NCBI GenBank assembly: GCA_964447605.1
Contig: CAYUTA010000004.1
Span: forward strand, 15,465-79,464
Direction: 5' to 3'
Source: an uncultured Oscillospiraceae bacterium
Lineage (GTDB): Bacteria > Bacillota > Clostridia > Christensenellales > CAG-138
DNA: 64,000 bases
Below the pieces are notes generated by a model, which had not been told where the DNA came from, searched no databases, and saw only the letters and a list, made by a program, of their open reading frames with translations. The position numbers were made by a program, and so were the translations under genes. Positions within the stretch are counted from its first letter, which is position 1. Every line of letters begins with the position of its first letter. Positions 35,184 through 45,095 of the stretch are shown piece after piece.

Positions 35184-35330
35184 CATGAGCGGGAGAGCCG
35201 AGAGGTTCTCCCGCTCAGACTGTCAAAGAAAGCCAAATCAAGCGAAAGCGAGAGAAGGCTTTCTTTTTGTAAGAAAGTGTTGCGGCAAAATAGATAACAC
35301 ATTAAAAGAGAATTGATTTAAGCAAATAGT

Positions 35331-35465
35331 ACCGTCACGGCACATCCACATTGCTAGTTTTTTAAGGTTCATCGCCGTGTATTTGAGTTTGACCCAGTTT
35401 GTGACCGCACGCAAGCCGCGGTGTTGCGTGTATTGCATACCGTATTTGGGGCATCGATGAAGTTT
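35331..35465 (-). pseudogene. C-terminal fragment of an IS1182/IS5-type DDE transposase
   Basis: KYGMQYTQHRGLRAVTNWVKLKYTAMNLKKLAMW matches the conserved C-terminal block (..HGMRYTQYRGL..V....L.FAAMNLKKLA.W) of IS1182-family transposases. No upstream catalytic domain is present. Confidence 0.6.
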
Positions 35466-35558
35466 TACTGAATGATACCGAGGGTTTTCTTGATTCTGCC
35501 CAGTGTTCTTGCATGGGAGCATACTTTTCAGCAGGGCGTGCTAACAGCTTCGATCCAT

Positions 35559-37115
35559 CTATACTTCTATTTTTTCCGCACTGTACCCTTTGTATTCTGT
35601 GGGGGTCATGTTTGTATAGGATTTGAACAGACGCGAGAAATACCGTGCGTCCTCATAGCCGCAAAGGCGTGCTATCTGGCCAACGTTCCATTGTTCATGC
35701 TCGTCAATCAATCGCTTAGCAAGTTCCATCCGCTTTTTGAGCACATAACGGCTCATCGTCAGTCCCGTTCTCTTCTTAAACAACCGTGCGAGATATTCAT
35801 AGCTGTAAAAGAACGTGTTGGTAATATCGTCAAGATTGTTCAGTGTTAGGTAGTATTCGTCGACGTGTGCGATTAAGCGTTCAGACAGCTTTCCGTCATC
35901 CTCGTGCACGTGCGTTCCTTGCAAAAAGCAGCGTCGAATGGCATACAAAAGGTGCTCTACCAGCTGCTCAGGTTGATTTTGTTCGCACAGACAGCGCAGA
36001 ATATCCATCTGCCAATTATCCCGCACAGATGCACGTGCCTTGGTCGGCATAAACTCAATCATACGCAACACATAGACCACGATGCGCTGAAAATCCTGTT
36101 GCGTAATATTGTTTTTCAGCATGAAGCCTAAAATCAGATGCAACTCGGCTTCTGCGCCGGCTATGTCACCCTGTTCAATATATTCTCTGAAGTTTTCATG
36201 AATACGAAGCTTTACGATCCGCAGTGTATCATCGCTTTCCAGCGTTTCATCCTGCTCTAGTGTAAACTGGCTGCCCCTTGCTAAAACAATGCGCTGCTTG
36301 AGAATATTTCTCATGCGCTGTGCGCACAGCCAAACATTGCCGTCATCAAAACGCTGGGTCGAGGCGCAAATGTTGATTGATAATTCCGGGCATGATTGCT
36401 GCAATACTTGGCAAAGCAACTCTGCTTTCTCTATGGCCGCAAAGGCTCGATCGTTTTGGAGCAGTAGACATATGGTTTTCTTGTTTACGCGGTCTTCGTC
36501 GGCTACATACCATCCGGGAAACTCCGGAAATACTTGCTGCATAATGCTATGCCAAAACAGTCCGGCCATCTTTTGATAGAAGAAGTCGTTGAGCACCTCA
36601 TCGTCCGCTTCGTAGATATAGTTTCCAAAGTTGACAATGAATAGAGCATACTCGTTTGATTGACCCGATAGGCGTTGATAAGACTCCGAATACCTTGTTT
36701 TGATGGATTTCCATTGCTTATCGGTTGTGATGGTACGTTTTAAGTCGTCAAGCGTTTCGCACAACGCCTCTGCTTCCAATGGCTTCAACAGATAGTTAAA
36801 AACGCCGCATTTTATCGCCTGCCGTGTATACGAAAAATCAGAATACCCCGACAGGATGACGACTTTAACTTCAGGGTAGCGTAGACTGAGCTGTCTTGCC
36901 AACTCCAGTCCATCCATGCGGGGCATTCGAATGTCGGTGAAAACGACCTGTGCGCTATGCAGCTGCACCATTTTTAATGCAGTTTCTCCGTCCGAACAAG
37001 CGGCTACTACTTTGAAACCTGAATCGCTTGACGCAATGCGCTCGCATATCGCCTCAAGCAAGGGTTCCTCGTCCTCAGCCACAACAACGCGAATTTTTCC
37101 CCTTGTCATTTCCAT
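35559..37115 (-). CDS. response regulator with AraC-type HTH output (YesN-like)
   Basis: CheY-like receiver (VVVAEDEEPL..FTDIRMPRMDGLEL) and C-terminal AraC HTH (ARLCGYEDARYFSRLFKSYTNMTPTEYK). Confidence 0.9.
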   Translation of the reverse strand: MEMTRGKIRVVVAEDEEPLLEAICERIASSDSGFKVVAACSDGETALKMVQLHSAQVVFTDIRMPRMDGLELARQLSLRYPEVKVVILSGYSDFSYTRQAIKCGVFNYLLKPLEAEALCETLDDLKRTITTDKQWKSIKTRYSESYQRLSGQSNEYALFIVNFGNYIYEADDEVLNDFFYQKMAGLFWHSIMQQVFPEFPGWYVADEDRVNKKTICLLLQNDRAFAAIEKAELLCQVLQQSCPELSINICASTQRFDDGNVWLCAQRMRNILKQRIVLARGSQFTLEQDETLESDDTLRIVKLRIHENFREYIEQGDIAGAEAELHLILGFMLKNNITQQDFQRIVVYVLRMIEFMPTKARASVRDNWQMDILRCLCEQNQPEQLVEHLLYAIRRCFLQGTHVHEDDGKLSERLIAHVDEYYLTLNNLDDITNTFFYSYEYLARLFKKRTGLTMSRYVLKKRMELAKRLIDEHEQWNVGQIARLCGYEDARYFSRLFKSYTNMTPTEYKGYSAEKIEV

Positions 37116-38881
37116 TCCAGACTACCTCCAAGCAGTATATCGCCGCCTTGTTGCGATGGTGTGATTTGGAAAACAAGTGCATTCTTGTAGCAGTGATGCA
37201 AACGTAAATATAGATTGACCAGGCCCATGCCATCTAGCTGCAAAGATTCCTCATGCGAGTGCTCGGCATAATGATGGCATCGCGCCTCGATTTGTTCTAC
37301 TTGTTCGGGCGTAAACCCCTGTCCGTTGTCCGTAATCCGAACCCGCCAACCGTCCTGCGTCAAAGTGCCAATGACGATAATCAGCGTGTCGGCACGGTTG
37401 GAGTATTTGAACGCATTTTCCACGATCAACTGTAACACAAGCTTTGGAATCTGAATTTGCATCATTTCGATGGGCACATCGATTTTTACTACCGCGCGCG
37501 GAAAACGCTCCTGCATAATGGCAATATAGCTGCGCAAAAAAGTAAGTTCTTCATATAAAGCGACGCCTTGTTCTGCGGGCTGGCTGATGTAACGCAGAAT
37601 GCTTGACAGATCACTGCACATACGGCAAACGGTTTTTGTTTCGCCCTTGTCGGCAAGCACGCTTATGGAGGCTAGGGTGTTATACAAAAAGTGCGGCTGC
37701 ACTTGTGCGTTGAGCGCCAAAAGCCGCGAGTGCATCTCGCCTGTTTTTGCAGTGACAACCTCAGACAGCGATGCTTGTAACCGCTCCGAAAGCGCCGTTA
37801 TGGCGCTTGCCATATTGTCTAACTCCTCGGTGTCAGATTCAACTTTCTCAAATCGAATATCCTGCGAAAAATCGAGAGCAGCAAGCTGCCGATCCATCTT
37901 CGACAGGGGTCTGGACAAATCGCGGCTTACGCGATATAGCATGGGTAAGGCCACCAAAGACAGTAGCGCGGCTAGCAGTATGGAGAAAAACAGAAACGAC
38001 AAGAGCTTATTGTAATACGTCATCACCGGTATGACATAGGCGGCATAAGCATTTGCGGAAAAAACCGGCACGATGCGCACCATGTTGCCTTTGTAACGAT
38101 ACGACGCGGGCTGAATCTCTCCATCGAACTGAAACGGTGCGATGGAAAAGTTTTCGCCGCCATAAAGGAATTGGCCGGTATTGCTGATAATATGCAGTTG
38201 AAGATGTTCAATGTTGGCGTTGTCGGCCAAGTTTTTGCAGAAGCGTTCAAATTCCATTGTTTGGATGCCGACTTCCAACATCGCCTGCGGACGAGCAAAT
38301 AGATTGTTGAGATTGATCGAACGCGATAGCAGCAAGAGGGACTCATCCGTATCCGCCTTTGTTCGGCCCGGTGTGTTTTTCAGGTAGGCGTTTTCGCTTT
38401 GCCGCAAAAGCAATGCCGAGCCGGCACCCGCATAATCTGCGTAGGTGTCGACCGGCTGCTGATACTCGCTGACAATGATTTCGCTACCCAGCCAGATATA
38501 ATAGCCGTCTCTTGTTGCAACTCCGACGCGGTAGCCTTTTTCAAACATTTTATACGCTTCCAGATACACGGTATTAAGCGCATCGGCTTGGTTTTCGCCG
38601 TTTTTAGCCGCAATAGGCAGGTCGTACAAAACAGATTTTTTGAAAACCTGTGAGTTGAGCAATTCCATGGAAAAACTGTTCAACTCTGAAAAATACATAT
38701 CCAAAGAGGTGTTGATTGCCTGCACCATTTGTTTTTGTGTGTCGATGATGCTGTTGTTAATATCCAGCCCAACGAACACCATGACAGCAATGATGCTGAT
38801 AATGAAGAACGCAGCAAACAGCCGCGCATACGCAGCAAACAGTTTATCCTGTATTTTTCGCTTCTGTCCTTGACGCTTCAA
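37106..38881 (-). CDS. sensor histidine kinase (YesM-like, His_kinase/HATPase_c)
   Basis: Two TM helices flank a large extracytoplasmic domain. H-box QVQPHFLYNTL, then an N-box/G-box region (IVENAFKY...ITDNGQGF). Overlaps the regulator gene by 10 nt. Confidence 0.9.
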   Translation of the reverse strand: MKRQGQKRKIQDKLFAAYARLFAAFFIISIIAVMVFVGLDINNSIIDTQKQMVQAINTSLDMYFSELNSFSMELLNSQVFKKSVLYDLPIAAKNGENQADALNTVYLEAYKMFEKGYRVGVATRDGYYIWLGSEIIVSEYQQPVDTYADYAGAGSALLLRQSENAYLKNTPGRTKADTDESLLLLSRSINLNNLFARPQAMLEVGIQTMEFERFCKNLADNANIEHLQLHIISNTGQFLYGGENFSIAPFQFDGEIQPASYRYKGNMVRIVPVFSANAYAAYVIPVMTYYNKLLSFLFFSILLAALLSLVALPMLYRVSRDLSRPLSKMDRQLAALDFSQDIRFEKVESDTEELDNMASAITALSERLQASLSEVVTAKTGEMHSRLLALNAQVQPHFLYNTLASISVLADKGETKTVCRMCSDLSSILRYISQPAEQGVALYEELTFLRSYIAIMQERFPRAVVKIDVPIEMMQIQIPKLVLQLIVENAFKYSNRADTLIIVIGTLTQDGWRVRITDNGQGFTPEQVEQIEARCHHYAEHSHEESLQLDGMGLVNLYLRLHHCYKNALVFQITPSQQGGDILLGGSLEWK

Positions 38882-38886
38882 ATATC

Positions 38887-40146
38887 TTATCCTCTTTGCA
38901 ATTTTTTGAAGCTCTCCAATGCAATCGTGCGACCCGTTAGGCGGGATTCCTCGGCCGCGAGTGCAACCAAATGGCTTTCCACGGAATCCTCTGCGGAGGA
39001 CTGCGCATACGCGCCGTCGCTTTCCACCGTGCGCAAAAATCCTCGCATGAATCTTTCGTCGCTGCCGCTATGCCCCGACGCATTGATCTTGACGATGTGT
39101 TCAGCGGTATCTCCACTCAAAAAGTCGATGTGCGTAATTCGGTTCTCTTCCATGTCGCAAAGAAGCTGACCGCGCGTGCCCATGATGTTCATGGTTCGAC
39201 TGCCTTTGCCCGTAAATGCCGACATGGTAAAGCTGGCCGTTACTCCATTTGTCAAAAGCAGATTCACAACCTGATGGTCAACCACGTCATTGTCGCAATG
39301 GTATACGCAACGCCCATAAGGCCCATCCTCAAGCGCCGCTGCGACATCTGCCTTGCCGCCGGAAAGAGCCACTACTTTCCGAATCGTTTCAGAATACCAC
39401 TCATCATGATCTAGGTAAATCTTTCCCGCATCGTATGGGCAGTCATATCTGGCCTTGCAGCCGTCAAGGCAGCGTTTGCTTGCGCCCTCCGGGGCATTTT
39501 CTGCGCAAAAGTGTTTCAATGATCCAAACGAAGACACGCTGATACAGTGTTCGTCCGTGAGCCACAGCAGTATGTCCATATCGTGACAGCTCTTTTGCAA
39601 AATCATCGGGCTGGATTGCGCTGTGTTGCGCCAGTTGCCGCGCACAAAGGAATGCGCCTGGTGCCAGTAGCCCACGCACTCAAGATGCTGAACGCATACG
39701 ATGTCGCCGATACAGCCGGTATCCAGCAAGGCTTTTACCTTTGTAAAGAAAGGCGAATAGCGCAGTACATGACAAACCGTGAGCGAACGCTGATAGGCCT
39801 TGGCATATTCACCCATGGCAACGCAGTCTTTTGCATCTGGACTCATGGGCTTTTCACAAAGAACATGATAGCCTTTTTCAAGAGCGGCTTGCACGGGCAG
39901 CGTGTGTTCTTTGTCCATCGTACAAACCAGAGCGCAATCGGCCAATTTTTCTTTTGAAAGCAGTTCTTTCCAATCAGAAAAAACCAAGTCCTCCTCTATT
40001 TGATGCTTGGCACAAAACGCAGCTCTGCGCACAGGGTTTGGCTCGGCAACGGCAACAATGCGGAATTCATTGGGATGCTCTAGGGCATATTTTGCATAGA
40101 CTTCCGCGCCGCGCTGTCCTGCTCCGATTAAAACTCCGGTAATCAT
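38887..40146 (-). CDS. Gfo/Idh/MocA family oxidoreductase
   Basis: Rossmann N-terminus MITGVLIGAGQRGAEVYAKY..FRIVAVAEPNP and the EKP motif (VLCEKPM). Confidence 0.85.
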   Translation of the reverse strand: MITGVLIGAGQRGAEVYAKYALEHPNEFRIVAVAEPNPVRRAAFCAKHQIEEDLVFSDWKELLSKEKLADCALVCTMDKEHTLPVQAALEKGYHVLCEKPMSPDAKDCVAMGEYAKAYQRSLTVCHVLRYSPFFTKVKALLDTGCIGDIVCVQHLECVGYWHQAHSFVRGNWRNTAQSSPMILQKSCHDMDILLWLTDEHCISVSSFGSLKHFCAENAPEGASKRCLDGCKARYDCPYDAGKIYLDHDEWYSETIRKVVALSGGKADVAAALEDGPYGRCVYHCDNDVVDHQVVNLLLTNGVTASFTMSAFTGKGSRTMNIMGTRGQLLCDMEENRITHIDFLSGDTAEHIVKINASGHSGSDERFMRGFLRTVESDGAYAQSSAEDSVESHLVALAAEESRLTGRTIALESFKKLQRG

Positions 40147-40165
40147 TTCTTATCCTCCAAAATGC

Positions 40166-40993
40166 TCAACCCTTGACAGAGCCTGCGACCATGCCCGAGA
40201 TGATGTGCTTTTGACCAAATACATAGACGATCAAAATCGGGGCGATGGCGTATAATATCGTAACGCATACCAGATTCCAGCTGGCGGTATAAGTGCCAAA
40301 GAAATTGTACACCTGCTGCACGATCACCGCTTTGTCGGGATCTGGCAGCAGATACAGCGGCACGGTAAAGTCATTCCAAACATTCAAGAAGTTGATCATA
40401 ACCACCGTGACCGTTACGGGCTTCATTGTAGGCATGATAACTTGGAAGAACAGCCGAAGCGGCCCTGCACCGTCCACAATGGCGGCTTCGTCCAGCTCCT
40501 TTGGAATACTGCTGATAAATCCATAGAACAAGAATATGGAAAGTGGCAGCACCAGTGCTGTAAATAAGAGTATCACTCCGGGTATACTGTTGTAAAGTGA
40601 CAGCCACCGCATCACTTTTACAACCGACACCATGCTCACCGGTACCATAAGGCCAATGGCAAAATACAGATAGAGTCGTTGGTTGAGTTTTGATCTGTTG
40701 CGGCTGATGACAAACGCGCACATGGACGAGCAAAGCACGCTAAGCGCGACGCTGCTAACGCTGATCACAAGCGAATTTATCAGCGAGCGCAGAATGTTGC
40801 CATCCTCCCATACTTTCTTGAAGTTCTCAAAGCGCAGTGTTTGCGGCAGCGTGAGCGACATAGTCAACGCTTCGGTCTTTGTCTTGAAGCTATTCAAAAC
40901 AACGATTGCAAAGGGAATCAGAACCACCAGCGCGAGCAGCCATGCAATCGATTCTTTTATGATAGTCGTGATCGTTTTTTTCATCGCTTTCAC
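40166..40993 (-). CDS. carbohydrate ABC transporter permease
   Basis: EAA loop ELDEAAIVDGAGPLRLFFQVIMPTMKP and 6 TM helices. Confidence 0.9.
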   Translation of the reverse strand: MKAMKKTITTIIKESIAWLLALVVLIPFAIVVLNSFKTKTEALTMSLTLPQTLRFENFKKVWEDGNILRSLINSLVISVSSVALSVLCSSMCAFVISRNRSKLNQRLYLYFAIGLMVPVSMVSVVKVMRWLSLYNSIPGVILLFTALVLPLSIFLFYGFISSIPKELDEAAIVDGAGPLRLFFQVIMPTMKPVTVTVVMINFLNVWNDFTVPLYLLPDPDKAVIVQQVYNFFGTYTASWNLVCVTILYAIAPILIVYVFGQKHIISGMVAGSVKG

Positions 40994-40994
40994 C

Positions 40995-41912
40995 TTAATC
41001 CTTGCTGTCCTTAATGCGCAACACCAACAGCCCGAAAATGGCCGTTATGAAAAATACAATCACACCGTAAGCGGCGCTCATGCCGTATAGCTTTTTGCCA
41101 AACTCTTTATAGACTGCCGTGTTGATGAGCTCTGTGCTGCCCGCGGGACCACCGCCAGTGAGCACAAACACGATATCAAAGGTCTTGAGTCCTTGCGAAA
41201 GGTTCAGCAACAGATTGATGATGAACGAGGGTATCATGCGCGGCATAGTGATAAAGAATAGCTTTTGAATGCTGTTTGCACCGTCGATGCCGGCCGCTTC
41301 ATACAAGCTCTTGTCAATCAACTGAAGACCGGCAAGATAGATGACCATGTTAAAGCCCGTTTGCTTCCATACGTCCACCGCCATGGTTGCGCCAAGTGCA
41401 GTTTCCGGCGTTGTTAGCCATGGATGAACAAGCGATTCTAGGCCGATCGCGCTCAAAAACTGGTTGAAAAACCCGCTTGTCATCAGCAGCGATCCAAACA
41501 TCAATCCGATGATGAGCGGCGACAACATGCTGGGCAAGAAAAAAATAGCGCGCATGGCATTGCGGCTCTTGAGCCCTTCGTTAAATGCAAGCGCAAGCAG
41601 AAAGCCCAGTACGTTTTTGAATACGGTGGTCACAAAAGCATACCATATGGTACGCACTATGATTGCAAGCAATTCAGGGTTGGAAAAGATCTTTTGAAAA
41701 TTGGCAAACCCGATGAATTTGGCTGTCTCCTGCGTTATTTTGATTGCATTCCAGTTGGTAAGCGAATAGTAGAAATTGATGACAACGGGTGTCATGAACA
41801 GGATGGTATACAGCAGCAACGCGGGTGCAGAAAACCCTGTTTTGTAGATTTTCCTCTGGTTCAAGGGAGAAGCCCCCTTCCTCTTGAAATTAAGAGGAGC
41901 GGCGGCAACCAT
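40995..41912 (-). CDS. carbohydrate ABC transporter permease
   Basis: EAA loop SLYEAAGIDGANSIQKLFFITMPRMIP and 6 TM helices. Confidence 0.9.
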   Translation of the reverse strand: MVAAAPLNFKRKGASPLNQRKIYKTGFSAPALLLYTILFMTPVVINFYYSLTNWNAIKITQETAKFIGFANFQKIFSNPELLAIIVRTIWYAFVTTVFKNVLGFLLALAFNEGLKSRNAMRAIFFLPSMLSPLIIGLMFGSLLMTSGFFNQFLSAIGLESLVHPWLTTPETALGATMAVDVWKQTGFNMVIYLAGLQLIDKSLYEAAGIDGANSIQKLFFITMPRMIPSFIINLLLNLSQGLKTFDIVFVLTGGGPAGSTELINTAVYKEFGKKLYGMSAAYGVIVFFITAIFGLLVLRIKDSKD

Positions 41913-41956
41913 GCCTGCCGCTCCCCTGAAACTCGGTAGCTTATTAGGTGTTAGCG

Positions 41957-43303
41957 TTATTCAGCAACGGTATCAAACATGGTGGCGCGATACTCGTCGA
42001 TGGCAGTGATGAACTGATCCACGCTCGTCGTGCCGGCTGCGAAGCCTTGCAGATACTTGTAGATGTCGCCATCCCAGTAGAGGACATATTTGATGAGCAT
42101 GACAACCGGGGTTTCACTGCGCTCGAGCAAATCGGTGGTTGCAGTGGTGGCAGAAACGCTCTCAACACCCTCAAACGCGGAGGACACGAGGTCGGTACGG
42201 GCTGCATAGTAGGTTTCGAGGTTCTCGTCGCGTGCAAGGAAGTCAAGGAAGAGCTTGCAAGCTTCGATGTTGGAGCTATTCTTGTTGATGTACTTGGAGA
42301 TGCCGCCGCCGTTGCTTACGGCAGCCTGGTTGTCTAGAAGCGGGCAGGGGAACATGCCAAAGGTATCGGTTGCGCCGTTTGCATACAGCTCAGCAGCATA
42401 GGCAGAGTAGGTGAACATCATGGCGCATTCGCGATTCTGAAGTGCGGGGTAGCTGCCAAACCAGTCTTCTGCCTGGCCATCGTTGGTGAAGTACTTGGGC
42501 GATCCGCCATCCTTGGCTTCCAGCAATCCCTTGACCTGCTCAAGGCCGTTGCGAAGCGCTGCGATGTCGGCCCACTTGTTGTCTTTTCCGGCATTGAGAT
42601 ACTCAACGTAATCCGGTTTTTCTGCTTCGATGGACGGCGTTAGAGCATATACCCAACTCTGCGTATGCCACACACCGTTGATGCCCTCGTACAAAGGCGT
42701 AACACCGAGAGCTTTGATCGCATCGCACAGAGCGATGAACTCAGCCCAAGTGGTGGGTACGGTCAGGCCGTTTTCTTCAAAGAAGGTTTTGTTGTACAGA
42801 ATGCCTTCAAAGTCAACGCCCCAGGTGGAGAAACCAAGCAGCTGACCATCAACGGTGTTGGCTTCCTTTGCCCAATCGACCAGACGATCTTCCCATTCGG
42901 AACCGGTCAAATCCAAGGCGATTTCGGGGATGCCGGCGGACTTCATTTCGCCGCCTGCTGCATACATGAACATATCCACAGCATTGCTGCCGCCGGACAG
43001 GCTCGTGCCAAGAAGCGTTGCATAGCCGTTATCGGGTGTCAGGAGAATTTTGACTTCGACGCCGGTTTCATCTTCGAACTTCTTGAACAGTTCACGGTCA
43101 ATATCCTTGATCCAGTTCTGCGAAGCCATCAGGGTGATGGAATTCGGCGGGGTGGCTTCCGATGTGGGTTCCTGCACGACCGCCGGCTTTTCGGCAGACG
43201 CGGCCGGGACAGTTTCTACAGCAGTTTGCGGCGTGGTGGTGCAAGCCATGGCCATGGGCAACACGATCAAGGCAACCAGCACAAGACAGAGCAGTTTTTT
43301 CAT
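41957..43303 (-). CDS. sugar ABC transporter substrate-binding lipoprotein
   Basis: Lipobox MKKLLCLVLVALIVLPMAMACTT and a family-1 SBP body. Confidence 0.85.
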   Translation of the reverse strand: MKKLLCLVLVALIVLPMAMACTTTPQTAVETVPAASAEKPAVVQEPTSEATPPNSITLMASQNWIKDIDRELFKKFEDETGVEVKILLTPDNGYATLLGTSLSGGSNAVDMFMYAAGGEMKSAGIPEIALDLTGSEWEDRLVDWAKEANTVDGQLLGFSTWGVDFEGILYNKTFFEENGLTVPTTWAEFIALCDAIKALGVTPLYEGINGVWHTQSWVYALTPSIEAEKPDYVEYLNAGKDNKWADIAALRNGLEQVKGLLEAKDGGSPKYFTNDGQAEDWFGSYPALQNRECAMMFTYSAYAAELYANGATDTFGMFPCPLLDNQAAVSNGGGISKYINKNSSNIEACKLFLDFLARDENLETYYAARTDLVSSAFEGVESVSATTATTDLLERSETPVVMLIKYVLYWDGDIYKYLQGFAAGTTSVDQFITAIDEYRATMFDTVAE

Positions 43304-43577
43304 TGCAGTTTCTCCTTTAAGATAATTTGATGTGCTTGCAGGAATTTACTCCCTGCTCTGTCTATTACACTAGCATTATGATTCCGTTTCAAACAGGCAC
43401 AGGCTTGACAACCCGATGTGGACAAAATTGATATTTTGGTAAAAGCAGCTTTTTCCCACACAAAGAGTGCGGCATAATACATATAGACCGCTTCATGAAC
43501 CTGCGATGCAATGCAAGCTATGCCGCTGCATCATACCATAACAACGATAGAACAATCAAATTCTTAAGGAGCATACT

Positions 43578-44585
43578 ATGACATCCTCATGGGAAACCAT
43601 CACCGCTTGCGGTGGCAATCGCCAAAGGTTACAGCGCATCACATGGCCTTATGACAAGTATCCCGACATGCCGCAACTGACCGCCGGTGCGCGCATTACG
43701 TTGCTCGACACCGTGGGGCCTGGGGTCGTCACGAATCTGCATGTTTCCAACTATGAATATCTCGATGATGTACTCGAGAGCAGCAGCGCGCGGGAGCCGG
43801 ATGCAGCAAGCCGCTTGTTGATCGAAATTACCTACGATCATCATGCCGTTGCCGACATTGCCATGCCGTTGTTCGACTTTCTTGGCGACGTAGATGCCGC
43901 TTGCGATTTCTATTCCACCTGCTATTTTTCCAAAGTGCGGCTTTCGCATAACTTTCGCCTGCCGATTCCGTTTCGTCAAGCCATCCGCATCGACATTGTG
44001 AATCCCACGAAAACCGACCTGATCGGCTATGCAGATCTGCAGTGGGAAGCACTCGACGCATTGCCGAAAGGCTGTGGATACCTGAGCGTGGATTATCGCC
44101 GCGGATGCGCGAACTTGCCAGAGGAAATCGTTACACTGTGCGATATTCAGGCAAAGGGAAGCATCGTTGCCCATTGGTTTTCCATTTGCAGCGACTTGCC
44201 CTTTGCAAAGGAGGGTCAGTATGTTTGCGAGGGGAATCAGGAATTCTACCTGGACTACGAAACCGAACCCTCCCTTGAATACCTTGGCACCGAAGACGTC
44301 TACGGCTACTCTTGGGGCTTTCTCGGTTCTGCGAGCGATGGCTACAGTGCCATTATCCGCTATGATACAGATCAACAGGGTGTTGCAACTATTTCCATGC
44401 TGCGCTGCCGTACCCTGGATCGCATTCCGTTTGAACGTGCCTGCAAGGTGTCGCTCGATTATACGCAGGAGTTTTTTTCCAAGCTTTCGAAAAACCCGCT
44501 GCATCAAACAGGGGTCTTTCGCGACCGTCTGGGCGCAAGTTTTGCTGCCGAATACAGTAGCTGCTTTTATTATTACAGAGCATAG
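43578..44585 (+). CDS. DUF2961 / glycoside hydrolase family 172 protein
   Basis: AAGGAG SD. GPGVVTNLHV and CEGNQEFYLDYETEPSLEYLGTEDVYGYSWGF match the DUF2961 hallmark (EGDE..Y.DGE..P...GTGTEDYF). Confidence 0.7.
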   Translation: MTSSWETITACGGNRQRLQRITWPYDKYPDMPQLTAGARITLLDTVGPGVVTNLHVSNYEYLDDVLESSSAREPDAASRLLIEITYDHHAVADIAMPLFDFLGDVDAACDFYSTCYFSKVRLSHNFRLPIPFRQAIRIDIVNPTKTDLIGYADLQWEALDALPKGCGYLSVDYRRGCANLPEEIVTLCDIQAKGSIVAHWFSICSDLPFAKEGQYVCEGNQEFYLDYETEPSLEYLGTEDVYGYSWGFLGSASDGYSAIIRYDTDQQGVATISMLRCRTLDRIPFERACKVSLDYTQEFFSKLSKNPLHQTGVFRDRLGASFAAEYSSCFYYYRA

Positions 44586-44955
44586 CTTTCCTGATACGGC
44601 CTGTTTTCAAACCATTCTTGGGGCTTTTTTGCGCAACTTTCGGTAGACTATTTTTCCAGATCATTTTCTCCATCACGCATTCCTCCGCCTGCCCTCGAAT
44701 CGCATTCATCGCGCCGACCCATGCCATTTGGTCACATGCTTTTCCTTCTTCCGTAATGCCTTGCGACTTTGCAAGCTGTAGCATGTATTCCCATACTTGC
44801 TCTTTACACAGCTCATTCCGCTCAACAAGCCAGTTTTCCAACTCTCCAGAAAACAGCAATTCTGTATAAAGATTCTGATTGTACTGCTTCATGTGCGCAA
44901 GCAACCTGCGTCCGTATTTGCCTATGTTCCCCTCGTTGATTTGTGTTCTGCTCAT
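44389..44955 (-). CDS. tnpV: TnpV-like transposon protein with aberrant 3' extension
   Basis: IGKYGRRLLAHMKQYNQNLYTELLFSGELENWLVE...GITEEGKACDQMAWVGAMNAIRGQAEECVMEKMIW matches TnpV of Tn4451-type elements over the first ~100 aa. The remaining ~85 codons overlap the convergent GH172 gene and look non-native. Confidence 0.6.
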   Translation of the reverse strand: MSRTQINEGNIGKYGRRLLAHMKQYNQNLYTELLFSGELENWLVERNELCKEQVWEYMLQLAKSQGITEEGKACDQMAWVGAMNAIRGQAEECVMEKMIWKNSLPKVAQKSPKNGLKTGRIRKAMLCNNKSSYCIRQQNLRPDGRERPLFDAAGFSKAWKKTPAYNRATPCRHVQTECDPGYGSAAWK

Positions 44956-45095
44956 GTTCTTGTCCTCCTGTTTGTTGTTTTATCAGAAGTGCTAAAAGCT
45001 GTCGTGTGCCACAGCAGACGACATAGCACAAATATACAACAAATCCGAACCCTTCACCGATCAATATCGGGTTCGAGTTCGGATTTGAATTTGAA

